Positions 15,870 through 25,082 are shown, numbered from the stretch's first letter. The stretch: DNA of 27,310 nucleotides from a virus (IMGVR_UViG_3300031673_000385:1-27310), one strand, 5' to 3'. Notes: generated by a model from the sequence alone, not told the origin. Made by a program: numbers and translations.

Positions 15870-16510
15870 TGACGCTGCCGACATTGCCGACATCGGCTGA
15901 CACCGGCTCTTGGGCCTTCTGAGCGCTGCGTCGCGATTGACACCGCGCGTGCGAGCTGACATTCTGGAGTTGGGCTTGAGCGCTGCTCCCCTAGCCCTAT
16001 CTGGATTTGACATTGCTAGCGCAGCTCCTCTAGCGCTATTCCGGCATTGACACCGATTGACATCGCTGACATCGCGATGTCAAGGCCTACATTGCCGGTT
16101 TGGCCTATGTAGCCGATGTTGAATTTGACATTGCTAGCGCTGCGGCCTAGCTCGCCCTAGCAGCGGCCAATCCGATTTGACATCGATGTCGCTGCGCACG
16201 TCGCCCTACATCGCGATGTCAACCGATACGCTGCGCGCTGCTAGCCCTAGGGCCTGTGTCAGTCCGTGTGCAGCGATGTAGGCCCTACCAAATCCCTGTA
16301 GGCCCGCAGAGCGGAGTTGCGCGAATGTGCAACTTGCCAAATGTCTGTGAGCTTGCAGCGCCCGCCGCAATGCAGCCGGCTAAGTTGCCTTGACATAGCG
16401 ATGTCTGCCCCAACACCGCGATGTCAGCCGATGTCAGCCGATACATTCGATGTCAAGGCCTACATCGCCCTACACCGCGATGTCTCCGGATACGCTGCGC
16501 GCTGCTAGCT
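15870..16510. repeat. Cluster of TGACAT/ATGTCA half-sites and TGACATCGCGATGTCA-type palindromes
   Basis: Perfect 16-bp palindrome at 16067-16082; variants at 16179, 16206, 16391, 16411 and 16470; longer duplications within the region. Confidence 0.85.
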
Positions 16511-16581
16511 CCGCAGCCGCTGTTGGCCCGCGTGCGCCGTTGTGCCGCCAGAGCCTCCGGCCTGGGCAGCGCCCCCGGGAA

Positions 16582-17000
16582 GTTGCCTAGTTACTAGGTA
16601 GCCGTTGCCTGCTTACCAGGTGGGTGTTGCCTGCTTACCAGGTAGCTCACCAGGTCGGCTAGTTGCCTGCTTACCAGGTAACCGTTGCGCGTCTACCAGG
16701 TAGCTTGAGCCGGTTGCCTGTCTACGAGGTAGCCGTTGCCGCTTTACTAGGTAGCTCACCTGGTGTGCCCGTGACAGAGTTGCCTGCTTACCAGGAGACC
16801 GTTATGCGGAGTTGCACGCTTACCAGGAAGGAGTTGCCGCTCTACCAGGTGACGGTTGCCTATCTACCAGGAAGACACTGGAAGTTGCCTGGGTGTGTTC
16901 GCGTGCTTGCCTGTTCGAGACCCTGGAGTTGCCTGCTTACTAGGAAGACATCGGGAGTTGCCTAGGTGTCTCCTAGTGACGAACGCGTGGTTGCCTATGT
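16582..17000 (+). repeat. Iteron-like array, consensus GTTGCCTGCTTACCAGGT, frequent 22-bp period
   Basis: GTTGC units start at 16582, 16604, 16626, 16662, 16684, 16713, 16735, 16779, 16811, 16833, 16855, 16884, 16928, 16957 and 16990. Confidence 0.9.
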
Positions 17001-17091
17001 CAGCCGTGTCGAGCCGTGTCGAGAGCAGCCCGGGGCGTTTCACGGTCTTAACGAGCTTTTTCACGGTCTTAATCGAGCTCTCTGCCCAGGA

Positions 17092-17181
17092 AAGCCTAAT
17101 GATTTCAGGTAGTTAGCCTAGGGCCTGGCTCGACCAGGCAAGCCTGTATTCCACAAAAGCTAATGAAATCAGGTAGTTAGC
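17092..17181 (+). promoter_or_regulatory. Two copies of an IHF-site-like motif upstream of terS
   Basis: TGATTTCAGGTAGTTAG (17100) and TGAAATCAGGTAGTTAG (17164); the second matches WATCARNNNNTTR. Confidence 0.5.
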
Positions 17182-17249
17182 TCTCGAGCGCGGGCCAGTT
17201 TGCTAGCAGGCTGTTGCAGCTTGCAGCGCTAACCGACAGCTTGCGTCTA

Positions 17250-17735
17250 ATGGCCGTCAAAAAGAAGAGCTCCAAGAAGAGCGTGCGCCTCAAGGCTCGG
17301 GCCAAGGCGGAGCAGCTCAAGCCCGCCCGCGGCACGCAAGCCCGCAAGCGGAAGAAGCCCGCAAAGGTCAAGCACGTTCCGTCCGATGCAGCGCGAGCTA
17401 AAGCGGCTAGGACCAACAACCCTGGATTCTTCGCGCATAGCATTCAGATCGGGGAAGTTCGCAATCCGCGCGGTCTCAATCAGTACACCTACCGACGCGA
17501 TGCAGAGCAGACGTTTGCTCGCATTCTCCAGTCGGCTCGCGGTGACAAGCGCAAAGGCACGGTCAGCGAAGAGATCCTTGAGATCATCATGACCATGGCT
17601 CAGAACAAAGATCGTTGGGCATTGGAGCGCGTACTCGAGCGGATCCTCCCCAAGATCGAAAAGCATATCCACGAGGATGAGCCGGATGCAGACCGACTCG
17701 CTAGTGAGCTCGCTGCTCTTATTGCCAGAGGTTGA
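17250..17735 (+). CDS. terS: Terminase small subunit
   Basis: Directly upstream of and overlapping TerL; Lys-rich N-terminus; GEVRNPRG motif seen in phage TerS-like (DUF5681-type) proteins. Confidence 0.7.
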   Translation: MAVKKKSSKKSVRLKARAKAEQLKPARGTQARKRKKPAKVKHVPSDAARAKAARTNNPGFFAHSIQIGEVRNPRGLNQYTYRRDAEQTFARILQSARGDKRKGTVSEEILEIIMTMAQNKDRWALERVLERILPKIEKHIHEDEPDADRLASELAALIARG

Positions 17736-19077
17736 GCAGCGTGCGATCGCGCATCAGCTCTCGACGCCGGCACGGATGGCGCTTTGGGACGAGCTCAAAA
17801 CCTGGAGTAGGTGGGCGCGACCAAAGCAGCTACCGCCGGACGGCGAATGGTTCTATTGGCTCATTCAGGCCGGGAGAGGTTGGGGCAAGACCCGCACCGC
17901 CGCGGAATATATTCGCGGGCGTATTGACCGCGGTGAGTGGCGAACGGTCAACGTTGCTGGGCCTACATGGATGGACGTCATGGATACCCAAGTCAACGGA
18001 AGTCCCAGCGCTCCCGGCCTTCTCGATATCTGGCCGCCTCACAAGCGACCAGTTCTAAAGCTCTCCAGTGCGAATCCCCATCTGCTTTGCTGGAACGGTG
18101 CGGTCATTCGACTGCGCGCAGCCAAGGAGGCTGAGCGATTCCGCGGTACGCAAGCCGAGGGGGCCTGGATTGACGAGATCGACTCTTGGGCGCCGAACCG
18201 TATGAAGCCGGCCGAAGCGTTGGCGCTCTTCGAATTTGGTATCCGACTTGGGAGCGATCCTCGAATCGTCGCGACCTCTACTCCAAAGCGTGGACGATTG
18301 GTTGCGAAGCTGCTCAAACGCGGCGATTGCGTAGTGTCTCAGGGCGCGATGCAGGAGAACGCTGCGAATCTCAGCGCGAAGTTCATCCGCGCGGTGGAGA
18401 CTGAGTACGGGGGCACGCGACTTGGTCGTCAGGAGATTGAAGGCATTCTGCTCGAAGACGTTGAAGGCGCGCTCATTACCCTTGACATGATCGCCGACAA
18501 CCGCCTTGAAGCTAAGCTGCGACCCAAGCTCGGCGACTATGACAGCATATGCGTTGGAGTCGACCCGTCTGGTACCGAAACCGGAGACGCTAAGGGAATC
18601 ATCGCCTGCGGGAAGATTGGCAAGGTCGGCTACGTAATCACTGACAAGTCGACCCATGCAGGGCCTGACGGTTGGGGGCGCGCAGTCGTCCAGCTCTACT
18701 ACACGCTGCAAGCCGATCGCGTCGTAGCGGAGGTGAACTATGGCGGCGACATGGTGCAGCACGTAATCCATGCAGCCGCAGACAAGATGGGAGTCCCGCG
18801 CCCGCGATTCGTCAAGGTCACCGCATCGCGTGGCAAGCATGTTCGAGCGCAGCCGATTGCAGCGCTGCACGAACAGGGCCGCGTCAAGTACTGCGGAAAC
18901 TTTCCCCACCTTGAAGACGACATGACCGGCTTCACGGATTCAGGTTGGGAAGGATCGGGCAGTCCCGACCGCGGCGACGCGTGCGTTTGGTCGCTGACGA
19001 ACCTGCTCGTTCGAAACACTGGACTGTCGCCGTCGGATCTGTACGGCGATGATGACGAAGAAGAGGAGGCGGCCTGA
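17677..19077 (+). CDS. terL: Terminase large subunit
   Basis: Q motif (PKQ), AGRGWGKT Walker A, WIDE Walker B, TSTP coupling motif, GVDP and SPDRGDA nuclease motifs. Confidence 0.95.
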   Translation: MSRMQTDSLVSSLLLLPEVEQRAIAHQLSTPARMALWDELKTWSRWARPKQLPPDGEWFYWLIQAGRGWGKTRTAAEYIRGRIDRGEWRTVNVAGPTWMDVMDTQVNGSPSAPGLLDIWPPHKRPVLKLSSANPHLLCWNGAVIRLRAAKEAERFRGTQAEGAWIDEIDSWAPNRMKPAEALALFEFGIRLGSDPRIVATSTPKRGRLVAKLLKRGDCVVSQGAMQENAANLSAKFIRAVETEYGGTRLGRQEIEGILLEDVEGALITLDMIADNRLEAKLRPKLGDYDSICVGVDPSGTETGDAKGIIACGKIGKVGYVITDKSTHAGPDGWGRAVVQLYYTLQADRVVAEVNYGGDMVQHVIHAAADKMGVPRPRFVKVTASRGKHVRAQPIAALHEQGRVKYCGNFPHLEDDMTGFTDSGWEGSGSPDRGDACVWSLTNLLVRNTGLSPSDLYGDDDEEEEAA

Positions 19078-21203
19078 TGGCGCTATTGGATCGGCTTCGC
19101 GGACCTAGCAAAGCAGCTCAAGCAGCGCAGGCACTCGCGTTTGAAGAAGGCTTTGCTCGGGCGATTGCAGCGATTCCGTACCATAGCCGCACCGATCGGT
19201 TCGGAACAGGCCTTGGAAACCAGCCCAATACGAAGACGCTGCTACGCGAGTCCAAAGGCGTAGCCGATACTGCGACGCGTGCGATTGCCAATCGGCTAAG
19301 CATGCTCAACCCGCAAGTGATGGTCAGCCGTCGCGATCGCAAGGGAACGGTCATTGACGAGATCATTGACGACAACCCGCTGAAAATGCTACTTGATCGC
19401 CCGCATCCGAACTATTCGAGAGCTCAGATGCTGCGATTGGTCGGTCAGTACGTCGTCACGTGCGGCGAAGCCTATTGGCAGAAGGTTGGCTCGGGCCTTG
19501 GCATTCCGGTTGAGCTCCACCCCGTTCCGCCTTGGTTGATGGAGCCGATCATCGAACAGAATATCATCGTCGCATACTGGGTGACAGACGGTGATGGCGG
19601 CCAACGCGCAGTCGACGCAAACGAATTCATCCGATTCTTCTACGCTGATCCTGAAGATCCTTGGAATGCAGAGGGATATCTCGCCCCGTCCGCAGTGACA
19701 GCCGACTCTCTGAAGTTCGCCGGTCAGACGATGCGCGAGCACTACATGAACAACGCCACGCCCAAGACTGCGCTTGAAGCAGGCGAGCAAGCGCAGCCGT
19801 TCACGAAGGACGAAAAGGAATCGTTCCTTACCCGTTGGCGCAAGCGATACAACAATCGGGTGGGAACGAGCGATGGATTGCCGGTCATTCTGCCCACGCA
19901 CTACAAGCTCATCCAAATGGCGATGGAGAGCGGCGCGGACATCACTCCGCTGCTTGAGTACTGGTCCAACATGCAGCTCATGGACTTTGGCGTTCCGAAG
20001 TCTATCCTTGGCATGGTAGTCAGCGGCGATCGTTCAAGCGCTGAAACCAACCAGTATGTCTTCGATCGTCATACGATTCTGCCGATTTCAACGATGATTG
20101 AAGACGCGCTCACGTTGCAGCTCGCACCGGACTTTGATCCCGCACTCTTCGTCAAGTTCGAGAAGTTCGTGTCGGACGACAAGGCATTCGAGTTGGCGCA
20201 AGAGACCGCGGACATCACCAATAAAGTTCGCTCGCCTAACATGATTCTTGAAGCGCGCGGCGAAGATCCTGTTCCGTGGGGCGATCGACCGCCTGCGAAG
20301 GTTGGCGAGACCTGGTACGAGCCTGAGATCGAGGATGAGCTACTGCCCGCTGACGATCCCGGTGCAATCTCAGATCCTGAAGTCGACGACGACGAAGTTG
20401 ATCTTGAGTTGGATAAAGACGACGACGGCGATCGCATGCGAGCAGCAGAGTCCTACTTCAGCAAGGCTCGTGCGTGGGAGCGTCAAGTCAACGCAGAGCG
20501 GACGTTTGTACCTGCGTTCACGCGTGAGATGCGGAAGATCTTCCTACTTCAGAAGAACGAAACGCTCAAGAAGCTGGAAGCGACTAAGCCGCGCTCGCGA
20601 GTGACCGCTGACGAGATCTTTGACGACGAGGCATGGGACAAAATCTTCAACGCACGCGTCGAGCCGATTCGCCGATCCGCTACCAACGCAGCTGGAAGCG
20701 AAGCGATCGCAGGTATCAGCGATGATCTGGAGTTCATATTCAACACGAAGGTCACCGCGCAGCTACGAAAGCAAGCGGGCGCACTGATTACCAACGCGAA
20801 TCGTACGACACAGAAGGCTATCGCTCGCGAGCTTGCTACCGGTAACTCGGCAGGCGAAGGCGTTGGTCAGCTCGCTACCCGCATCCGTCGGGTGTTCGAT
20901 GTTCGACGCCAGCAAGCTCGCACGATTGCACGCACTGAAGTTCTGAAAGCTACGCAGACAGGCCAGCTCGCAGGCTTTGAACAGAGCGGCGTAGCTCGAA
21001 AGCAATGGAATACCAGTTTGGATGCAGACGTTCGCGACTCGCATCTGATCGACGGCCAAGTCGTTGACCTTGATGAGTCGTTCACTCTGACTGACGGCGA
21101 GCGAGCCGACGCGCCCGGCATCGGCGAAGGCGGCAGTTCTCTCTCTGCGAGCAACTCAATCAATTGCCGGTGTTTTGTTACGCCGGTTGAGGAGAAGAAG
21201 TGA
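19077..21203 (+). CDS. Portal protein fused to a MuF/SPP1-gp7-like minor head domain
   Basis: Portal motifs (GEAYW, ELHPVPP, FGVPKSILG, SPN..LEARG.DP), an acidic linker, then ARTIARTE, KQW...VRDSH..DGQ and INCRC. Confidence 0.9.
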   Translation: MALLDRLRGPSKAAQAAQALAFEEGFARAIAAIPYHSRTDRFGTGLGNQPNTKTLLRESKGVADTATRAIANRLSMLNPQVMVSRRDRKGTVIDEIIDDNPLKMLLDRPHPNYSRAQMLRLVGQYVVTCGEAYWQKVGSGLGIPVELHPVPPWLMEPIIEQNIIVAYWVTDGDGGQRAVDANEFIRFFYADPEDPWNAEGYLAPSAVTADSLKFAGQTMREHYMNNATPKTALEAGEQAQPFTKDEKESFLTRWRKRYNNRVGTSDGLPVILPTHYKLIQMAMESGADITPLLEYWSNMQLMDFGVPKSILGMVVSGDRSSAETNQYVFDRHTILPISTMIEDALTLQLAPDFDPALFVKFEKFVSDDKAFELAQETADITNKVRSPNMILEARGEDPVPWGDRPPAKVGETWYEPEIEDELLPADDPGAISDPEVDDDEVDLELDKDDDGDRMRAAESYFSKARAWERQVNAERTFVPAFTREMRKIFLLQKNETLKKLEATKPRSRVTADEIFDDEAWDKIFNARVEPIRRSATNAAGSEAIAGISDDLEFIFNTKVTAQLRKQAGALITNANRTTQKAIARELATGNSAGEGVGQLATRIRRVFDVRRQQARTIARTEVLKATQTGQLAGFEQSGVARKQWNTSLDADVRDSHLIDGQVVDLDESFTLTDGERADAPGIGEGGSSLSASNSINCRCFVTPVEEKK

Positions 21204-21784
21204 TGAAACGTTTCATGATTTGGAAGTGGTGGTGGGGTGTTGCTGTTACGCTAAGCCTTGCAACGCCGGCGATGGCGGTTGATCCCGCTGCGTATCCGTT
21301 GGCGCTGCACCTGGCGGGCTGCGTCGATCTGTTCGACACGGTGACAGCAGGCTCGGTCGAGAACCAAGTCCAGACCACGGGCAGTCCCGACGGTCAGTGC
21401 GACTACGACAAGCGGGTTAAGGAGGATGCCAACTCCGCTAGTCAGCTATACGGACCAATCTCACGCGCTCAGCTCGGCAACCCGCATGCAATCCGTGTAC
21501 GCGCGTTCCGATCGGACGCTGGTGGCGGCCAATGGCTGCTCACCGTCTCCTACGTAAGCCCGATCGATCGAGACGCGGCCCCGATTCTGCTGGATACTTC
21601 AGCAGCCGCGACGGGATCCGTGGTCAACGTAGTGGATATTGGAGTGGACGCTGCGTCCCTCGCGTCGTCTTCCACCGACATCATGGCGGTTGACGGCTTG
21701 CCGGACGTGTTCTACCTCACGATTCTTCTAACAAGCGCAACCGCGTGGGATGGTTCATTGGTAATCATTCCGCTCTATCACTAA
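21203..21784 (+). CDS. Hypothetical exported protein with Sec signal peptide
   Basis: MKR-FMIWKWWWGVAVTLSLATP-AMA|VDP; beta-rich mature part with two Cys; TGATG-coupled to the portal. Confidence 0.7.
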   Translation: MKRFMIWKWWWGVAVTLSLATPAMAVDPAAYPLALHLAGCVDLFDTVTAGSVENQVQTTGSPDGQCDYDKRVKEDANSASQLYGPISRAQLGNPHAIRVRAFRSDAGGGQWLLTVSYVSPIDRDAAPILLDTSAAATGSVVNVVDIGVDAASLASSSTDIMAVDGLPDVFYLTILLTSATAWDGSLVIIPLYH

Positions 21785-21795
21785 GGAGAACGGCC

Positions 21796-22746
21796 ATGCC
21801 GCGATCATTCGCAAGAGTCAATAGCTTCAACAGAGAGTCGGGGACTTTCGATATGACGCTCGCCACCGAAGGCGAAGCGAGCGACGGCGACATCCTCGAG
21901 ATCGCTGGCGGAAGTATCCCGGCGCGCATGCCGCTGCTCATCTCTCATACAAACGATCCAACCCTGCAAGCGGGCTCGATTACCAACCCTATCAAGGTTG
22001 CGGGCTCGCGACGCAAGCCACCGCAGTTGACGGCGACAGGCGAAATCGAAATGGCTGGCGAAGGTCCGAGCTCAGAGATCCGTCGGGACATGGCGCTGAT
22101 GATCGAGAAGGGACACGTCAACGCAGTCTCGATTCGGTGGGATCCAATCGAGTCGACGCGACGGGTCAACCTGCCGAGCGATCACGCCTACTTCGTCGAC
22201 GCTGACTCCGAGAAGGATTGGCGCAAGCGCTACGGACTCTATCACTCCAAGTGGCGAGCGCTCGAAGGCTCAGTCGTCAGTCTCGGTGCGGATCCGGCTG
22301 CGCTCATTCGCTGCGCGGACGCGGCGGAGTCGGACATTGCCGAAACCTTTTGGCGACACCTAGCCTTCGAAGCCGACCGACCGACAGAGGGAAGCGTCTG
22401 GACTCGCTCCGCAGCGCAGGACGATACGCTTGCGGCGGACGACGACGACACCGTGCTCGCGAAGATCTTGGGCGTTGAGCTCTTGATTGCGCCGGCGCAG
22501 CGGGATTCGTTGCAAGCGGCCGTCGACACTCTGGAGTCGGAAGTCCTTGACAAAGTAAACGCGTTGCTCAAGGGGCAGCGTGAGATTCAGAAGCGCGGAC
22601 CAGCGCCAACGAAGGGAGGCAGCGGACTTGCTGCCTCAGCAAGCGTCTTCGCAGACCTTCAGCGAGAGCTGACGCGCAGCGAGGATCGCATGCGTACTCG
22701 GATGAAGAACATCCTTGACGCAGCTACTGGAAAGGTATCACGATGA
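21796..22746 (+). CDS. HK97-family prohead protease
   Basis: PLLISH, AVSI and LEGSVVSLGADP motifs; TAAGGAG RBS before ATG 21796. Confidence 0.88.
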   Translation: MPRSFARVNSFNRESGTFDMTLATEGEASDGDILEIAGGSIPARMPLLISHTNDPTLQAGSITNPIKVAGSRRKPPQLTATGEIEMAGEGPSSEIRRDMALMIEKGHVNAVSIRWDPIESTRRVNLPSDHAYFVDADSEKDWRKRYGLYHSKWRALEGSVVSLGADPAALIRCADAAESDIAETFWRHLAFEADRPTEGSVWTRSAAQDDTLAADDDDTVLAKILGVELLIAPAQRDSLQAAVDTLESEVLDKVNALLKGQREIQKRGPAPTKGGSGLAASASVFADLQRELTRSEDRMRTRMKNILDAATGKVSR

Positions 22747-24101
22747 AAATCACTGTCTACTGCCGATCGACTGGCGATGAGCTGGAGATCGAGCATACGG
22801 AGCTCAACGAAGAGCTTCATTCCATGGAGCCGGTAGAGGAAGGCGAGCGCACCGAAGGCGAGCCGAAATCTGCGGGTGGAGAGGGCATCGCGTCGCTCTT
22901 CGCCACGGCGCTCGAGAATCGCGAAGCTGCGGTACTCGAAGAGATGCGTTCGGAGATTGCCAAGCTTGGGCAGCCTCGCCGCGCGGTTTCGACCACGCGA
23001 CCGAGTACGCCTTCGCGCGGCAGCGACCACGTGGTGTCTCGCAATCAGCCGACGGATCCGCTCTACCGAGCGCTCTATCGGAAGAACGCGGAACTCCGCG
23101 AGGTTCGAACTCCGGACCTCGATCATTGGGGAGCCAAGTGGTTTCAGGGACTGGTCGCACGCGATCGCACCCTGATGCAGCTCGCCAAGGACAAGCTCAA
23201 CGCCATCACGGGTCGTGCCGTGACGTCGTATCTGGAAGGTGACGTGAGTGGCACGGATCTTCTGGACGGCACGGCAGGCGACGCGCTTCCGCAGAACGTC
23301 AACGCAGTGGTAGCCATTGCGCGTGATAGTGCGGCGGTGCTGGCTCCGCTGGTCCAGAACATCACGTTGACGAGTGCGACGCAGCGGGTCCCCACTGCGA
23401 ACGCGTTCACGACTGGAATGGTCGCAGAAGGCGCGACTTCGACGGGCGCTGGGCCCACGGTCGCAAGCGTGATGTTCAAGGCTCAGAAGGCGCAGGCCTT
23501 CGCGAAGGTCAGTGTGGAAGCGATGGCCGACGCCGCTTTCAACCTGATGAGTCTGCTCGCTGTCAAGGCTGGCTCAAGCCTCGGTGCGTTGGAGGATACC
23601 CAGATCTGCACTTCGAATGGGACGACTCCGAACATCACCGCGGCGATCGTCGGACAGAACGTCGACGAAGCCTCGACCACGGTTCTGGTCTACGAGGATC
23701 TGGTCAAGCTCTACTTCGCACTCGGCAAGGCCTATCGAACGAGTCCGATCTGGCTGGGCAACGCGGTAACGCTGCGCCTCGTCTCTCAGCTCGTCGATGG
23801 CAATAGCAACCCGGTTCTCTCGTTCCCCGGCGCGGCGAACGTGGTGACCGACGTTGTTGGCGCGACTGGGTTCATCTTCAACAAGCCGGTCTACGAAGTC
23901 CCGCTTGCTGACGGTCAGCTCATCTTCGGCGATCCCTCGGGTTACGGCTTCGGCCGTCGCGCGGGAATCACGGCTGCGGCCAGCGAGCACGCGGACTTCG
24001 CGAGCGATCTGATTCAGCTGAAGTTCACGGAGCGATATGATGGCAACATGCTCGATGCGGTTGCCCTCAAGCAGATGAGCGCCCTCGCGACCGTCGCGTA
24101 G
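22743..24101 (+). CDS. Major capsid protein (HK97 fold)
   Basis: Follows the protease; N-terminal scaffold-like region; GMVAEG, VSVEAMADA and FNKPVY...LIFGD...ERYDG patterns. Confidence 0.9.
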   Translation: MKITVYCRSTGDELEIEHTELNEELHSMEPVEEGERTEGEPKSAGGEGIASLFATALENREAAVLEEMRSEIAKLGQPRRAVSTTRPSTPSRGSDHVVSRNQPTDPLYRALYRKNAELREVRTPDLDHWGAKWFQGLVARDRTLMQLAKDKLNAITGRAVTSYLEGDVSGTDLLDGTAGDALPQNVNAVVAIARDSAAVLAPLVQNITLTSATQRVPTANAFTTGMVAEGATSTGAGPTVASVMFKAQKAQAFAKVSVEAMADAAFNLMSLLAVKAGSSLGALEDTQICTSNGTTPNITAAIVGQNVDEASTTVLVYEDLVKLYFALGKAYRTSPIWLGNAVTLRLVSQLVDGNSNPVLSFPGAANVVTDVVGATGFIFNKPVYEVPLADGQLIFGDPSGYGFGRRAGITAAASEHADFASDLIQLKFTERYDGNMLDAVALKQMSALATVA

Positions 24102-24116
24102 GTTCTCGACAAGGAC

Positions 24117-24174
24117 TGAGGGCCGCGTCGCCAATTCAGAGCTCCGCGGCGCGGCCCTCAAACTTCAAGTTTTT
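24117..24174 (+). terminator. Hairpin after the capsid gene (probably a partial terminator)
   Basis: TGAGGGCCGCGTCGC / GCGGCGCGGCCCTCA stem; T5 tract 9 nt downstream. Confidence 0.6.
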
Positions 24175-24199
24175 CAAAGCCTGCAAAAGGAACTGAATC

Positions 24200-24445
24200 A
24201 TGGACAACACACAGATTCGACACGCCATGCGAGCTATCCGACGCCTTGCGAATCCCATGCCCAGCACGACCGCTCAGGAACGGCTGGATAAGATCATCGC
24301 AATCGCAACCGGCGAGACTGATGCGAGTCCGAATGCTGCGGCTGCGGCTGCGGATGCGGCAGCCAAGAAGGCGGCTGATGAGCGCATGCAGCCGGCTTCA
24401 CCTGATCGCATGACGCGTGGTGGGCGCAAGCGTGAGAGCAAGTAG
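24200..24445 (+). CDS. Hypothetical small protein
   Basis: AAAGGA RBS; Ala-rich linker; typical post-capsid position. Confidence 0.65.
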   Translation: MDNTQIRHAMRAIRRLANPMPSTTAQERLDKIIAIATGETDASPNAAAAAADAAAKKAADERMQPASPDRMTRGGRKRESK

Positions 24446-24450
24446 CAGGA

Positions 24451-24511
24451 GGAGCTAAAGGAGCGGGCCTAGCTAGTCTGCCCTTCCCATAGCTAGGTTT
24501 CGCTCCGCTCC
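24451..24511 (+). other. Interrupted stem-loop before the connector gene
   Basis: GGAGC..GGAGCG-GG-CCTAGCTA pairs with TAGCTAGG-TTT-CGCTCC-GCTCC. Confidence 0.55.
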
Positions 24512-24527
24512 CTTTGAAAGGAATCCA

Positions 24528-25082
24528 ATGCTGACTACCCTAGCGCGCGTCAAGAACTTCCTCAAGATTGAGAACGATTCCAAGGATAGCCTCTTGGACG
24601 AGCTAATCTCTGGAGTCTCCGCGCTACTCGAAACCGAGATGCAGCGCTCAATCCTTTCGTCGCAGACCAAAGGCGAGCAACAGATCGTCATGAGTTCTGC
24701 TGAAGTCAATCTCCCGCTAGAGCATGGCCCAATCATTAGCGTGGAGTCCGTAACTGAGAGCGGTGACTTGGTGGCTAGCAACGGCTACAAGATCAACGGC
24801 TACATGCTGCAACGAATGTCAGGTATCGACCTTGACGGTTGGACTCCAGGGATTGTGCTGGTCGACTATACTCATGGATTCGACCAAGTCCCCGAAGATA
24901 TCGCGCTGGCTGCAACCTCTGAAGTCGCCCTAGCCTACCAGCAATCCAACGAAGGCGGCGGCCGCTTGGGTCTTGCTGCGAACGAAGTCGAAAGCCAAGC
25001 AAGCGCGACCTTCACCGCGTGGCGTTGGCAGCCGCTTACGCTGCGAACGATCCTCAACTATCGCCGCATCCGGACAATCTGA
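24528..25082 (+). CDS. Head-tail connector (gp6-like)
   Basis: MLTTLARVKNFLKI...DSLLDELI; PIISVESV; VDYTHGF..VPEDI..A. Confidence 0.85.
   Translation: MLTTLARVKNFLKIENDSKDSLLDELISGVSALLETEMQRSILSSQTKGEQQIVMSSAEVNLPLEHGPIISVESVTESGDLVASNGYKINGYMLQRMSGIDLDGWTPGIVLVDYTHGFDQVPEDIALAATSEVALAYQQSNEGGGRLGLAANEVESQASATFTAWRWQPLTLRTILNYRRIRTI

Noticed and set aside
16582-17000. CRISPR array (repeats begin with GTT; Cas4-like gene in the window)
   Set aside because: Repeats are about 18 bp and degenerate, mostly separated by about 4 bp, with no unique 30-40 bp spacers. The Cas4-like nuclease sits in a phage recombination module with no other cas genes.
16663-17116. ORFs with repeated LPxYQ peptides
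   Set aside because: The 22-bp period is not a multiple of 3, so the peptide repeat shifts between frames; the repeat is at the DNA level.
15045-17249. tRNA or known ncRNA genes in the non-coding region
   Set aside because: No cloverleaf, T-loop in tRNA context or other recognisable family found by eye; a covariance-model search was not possible.
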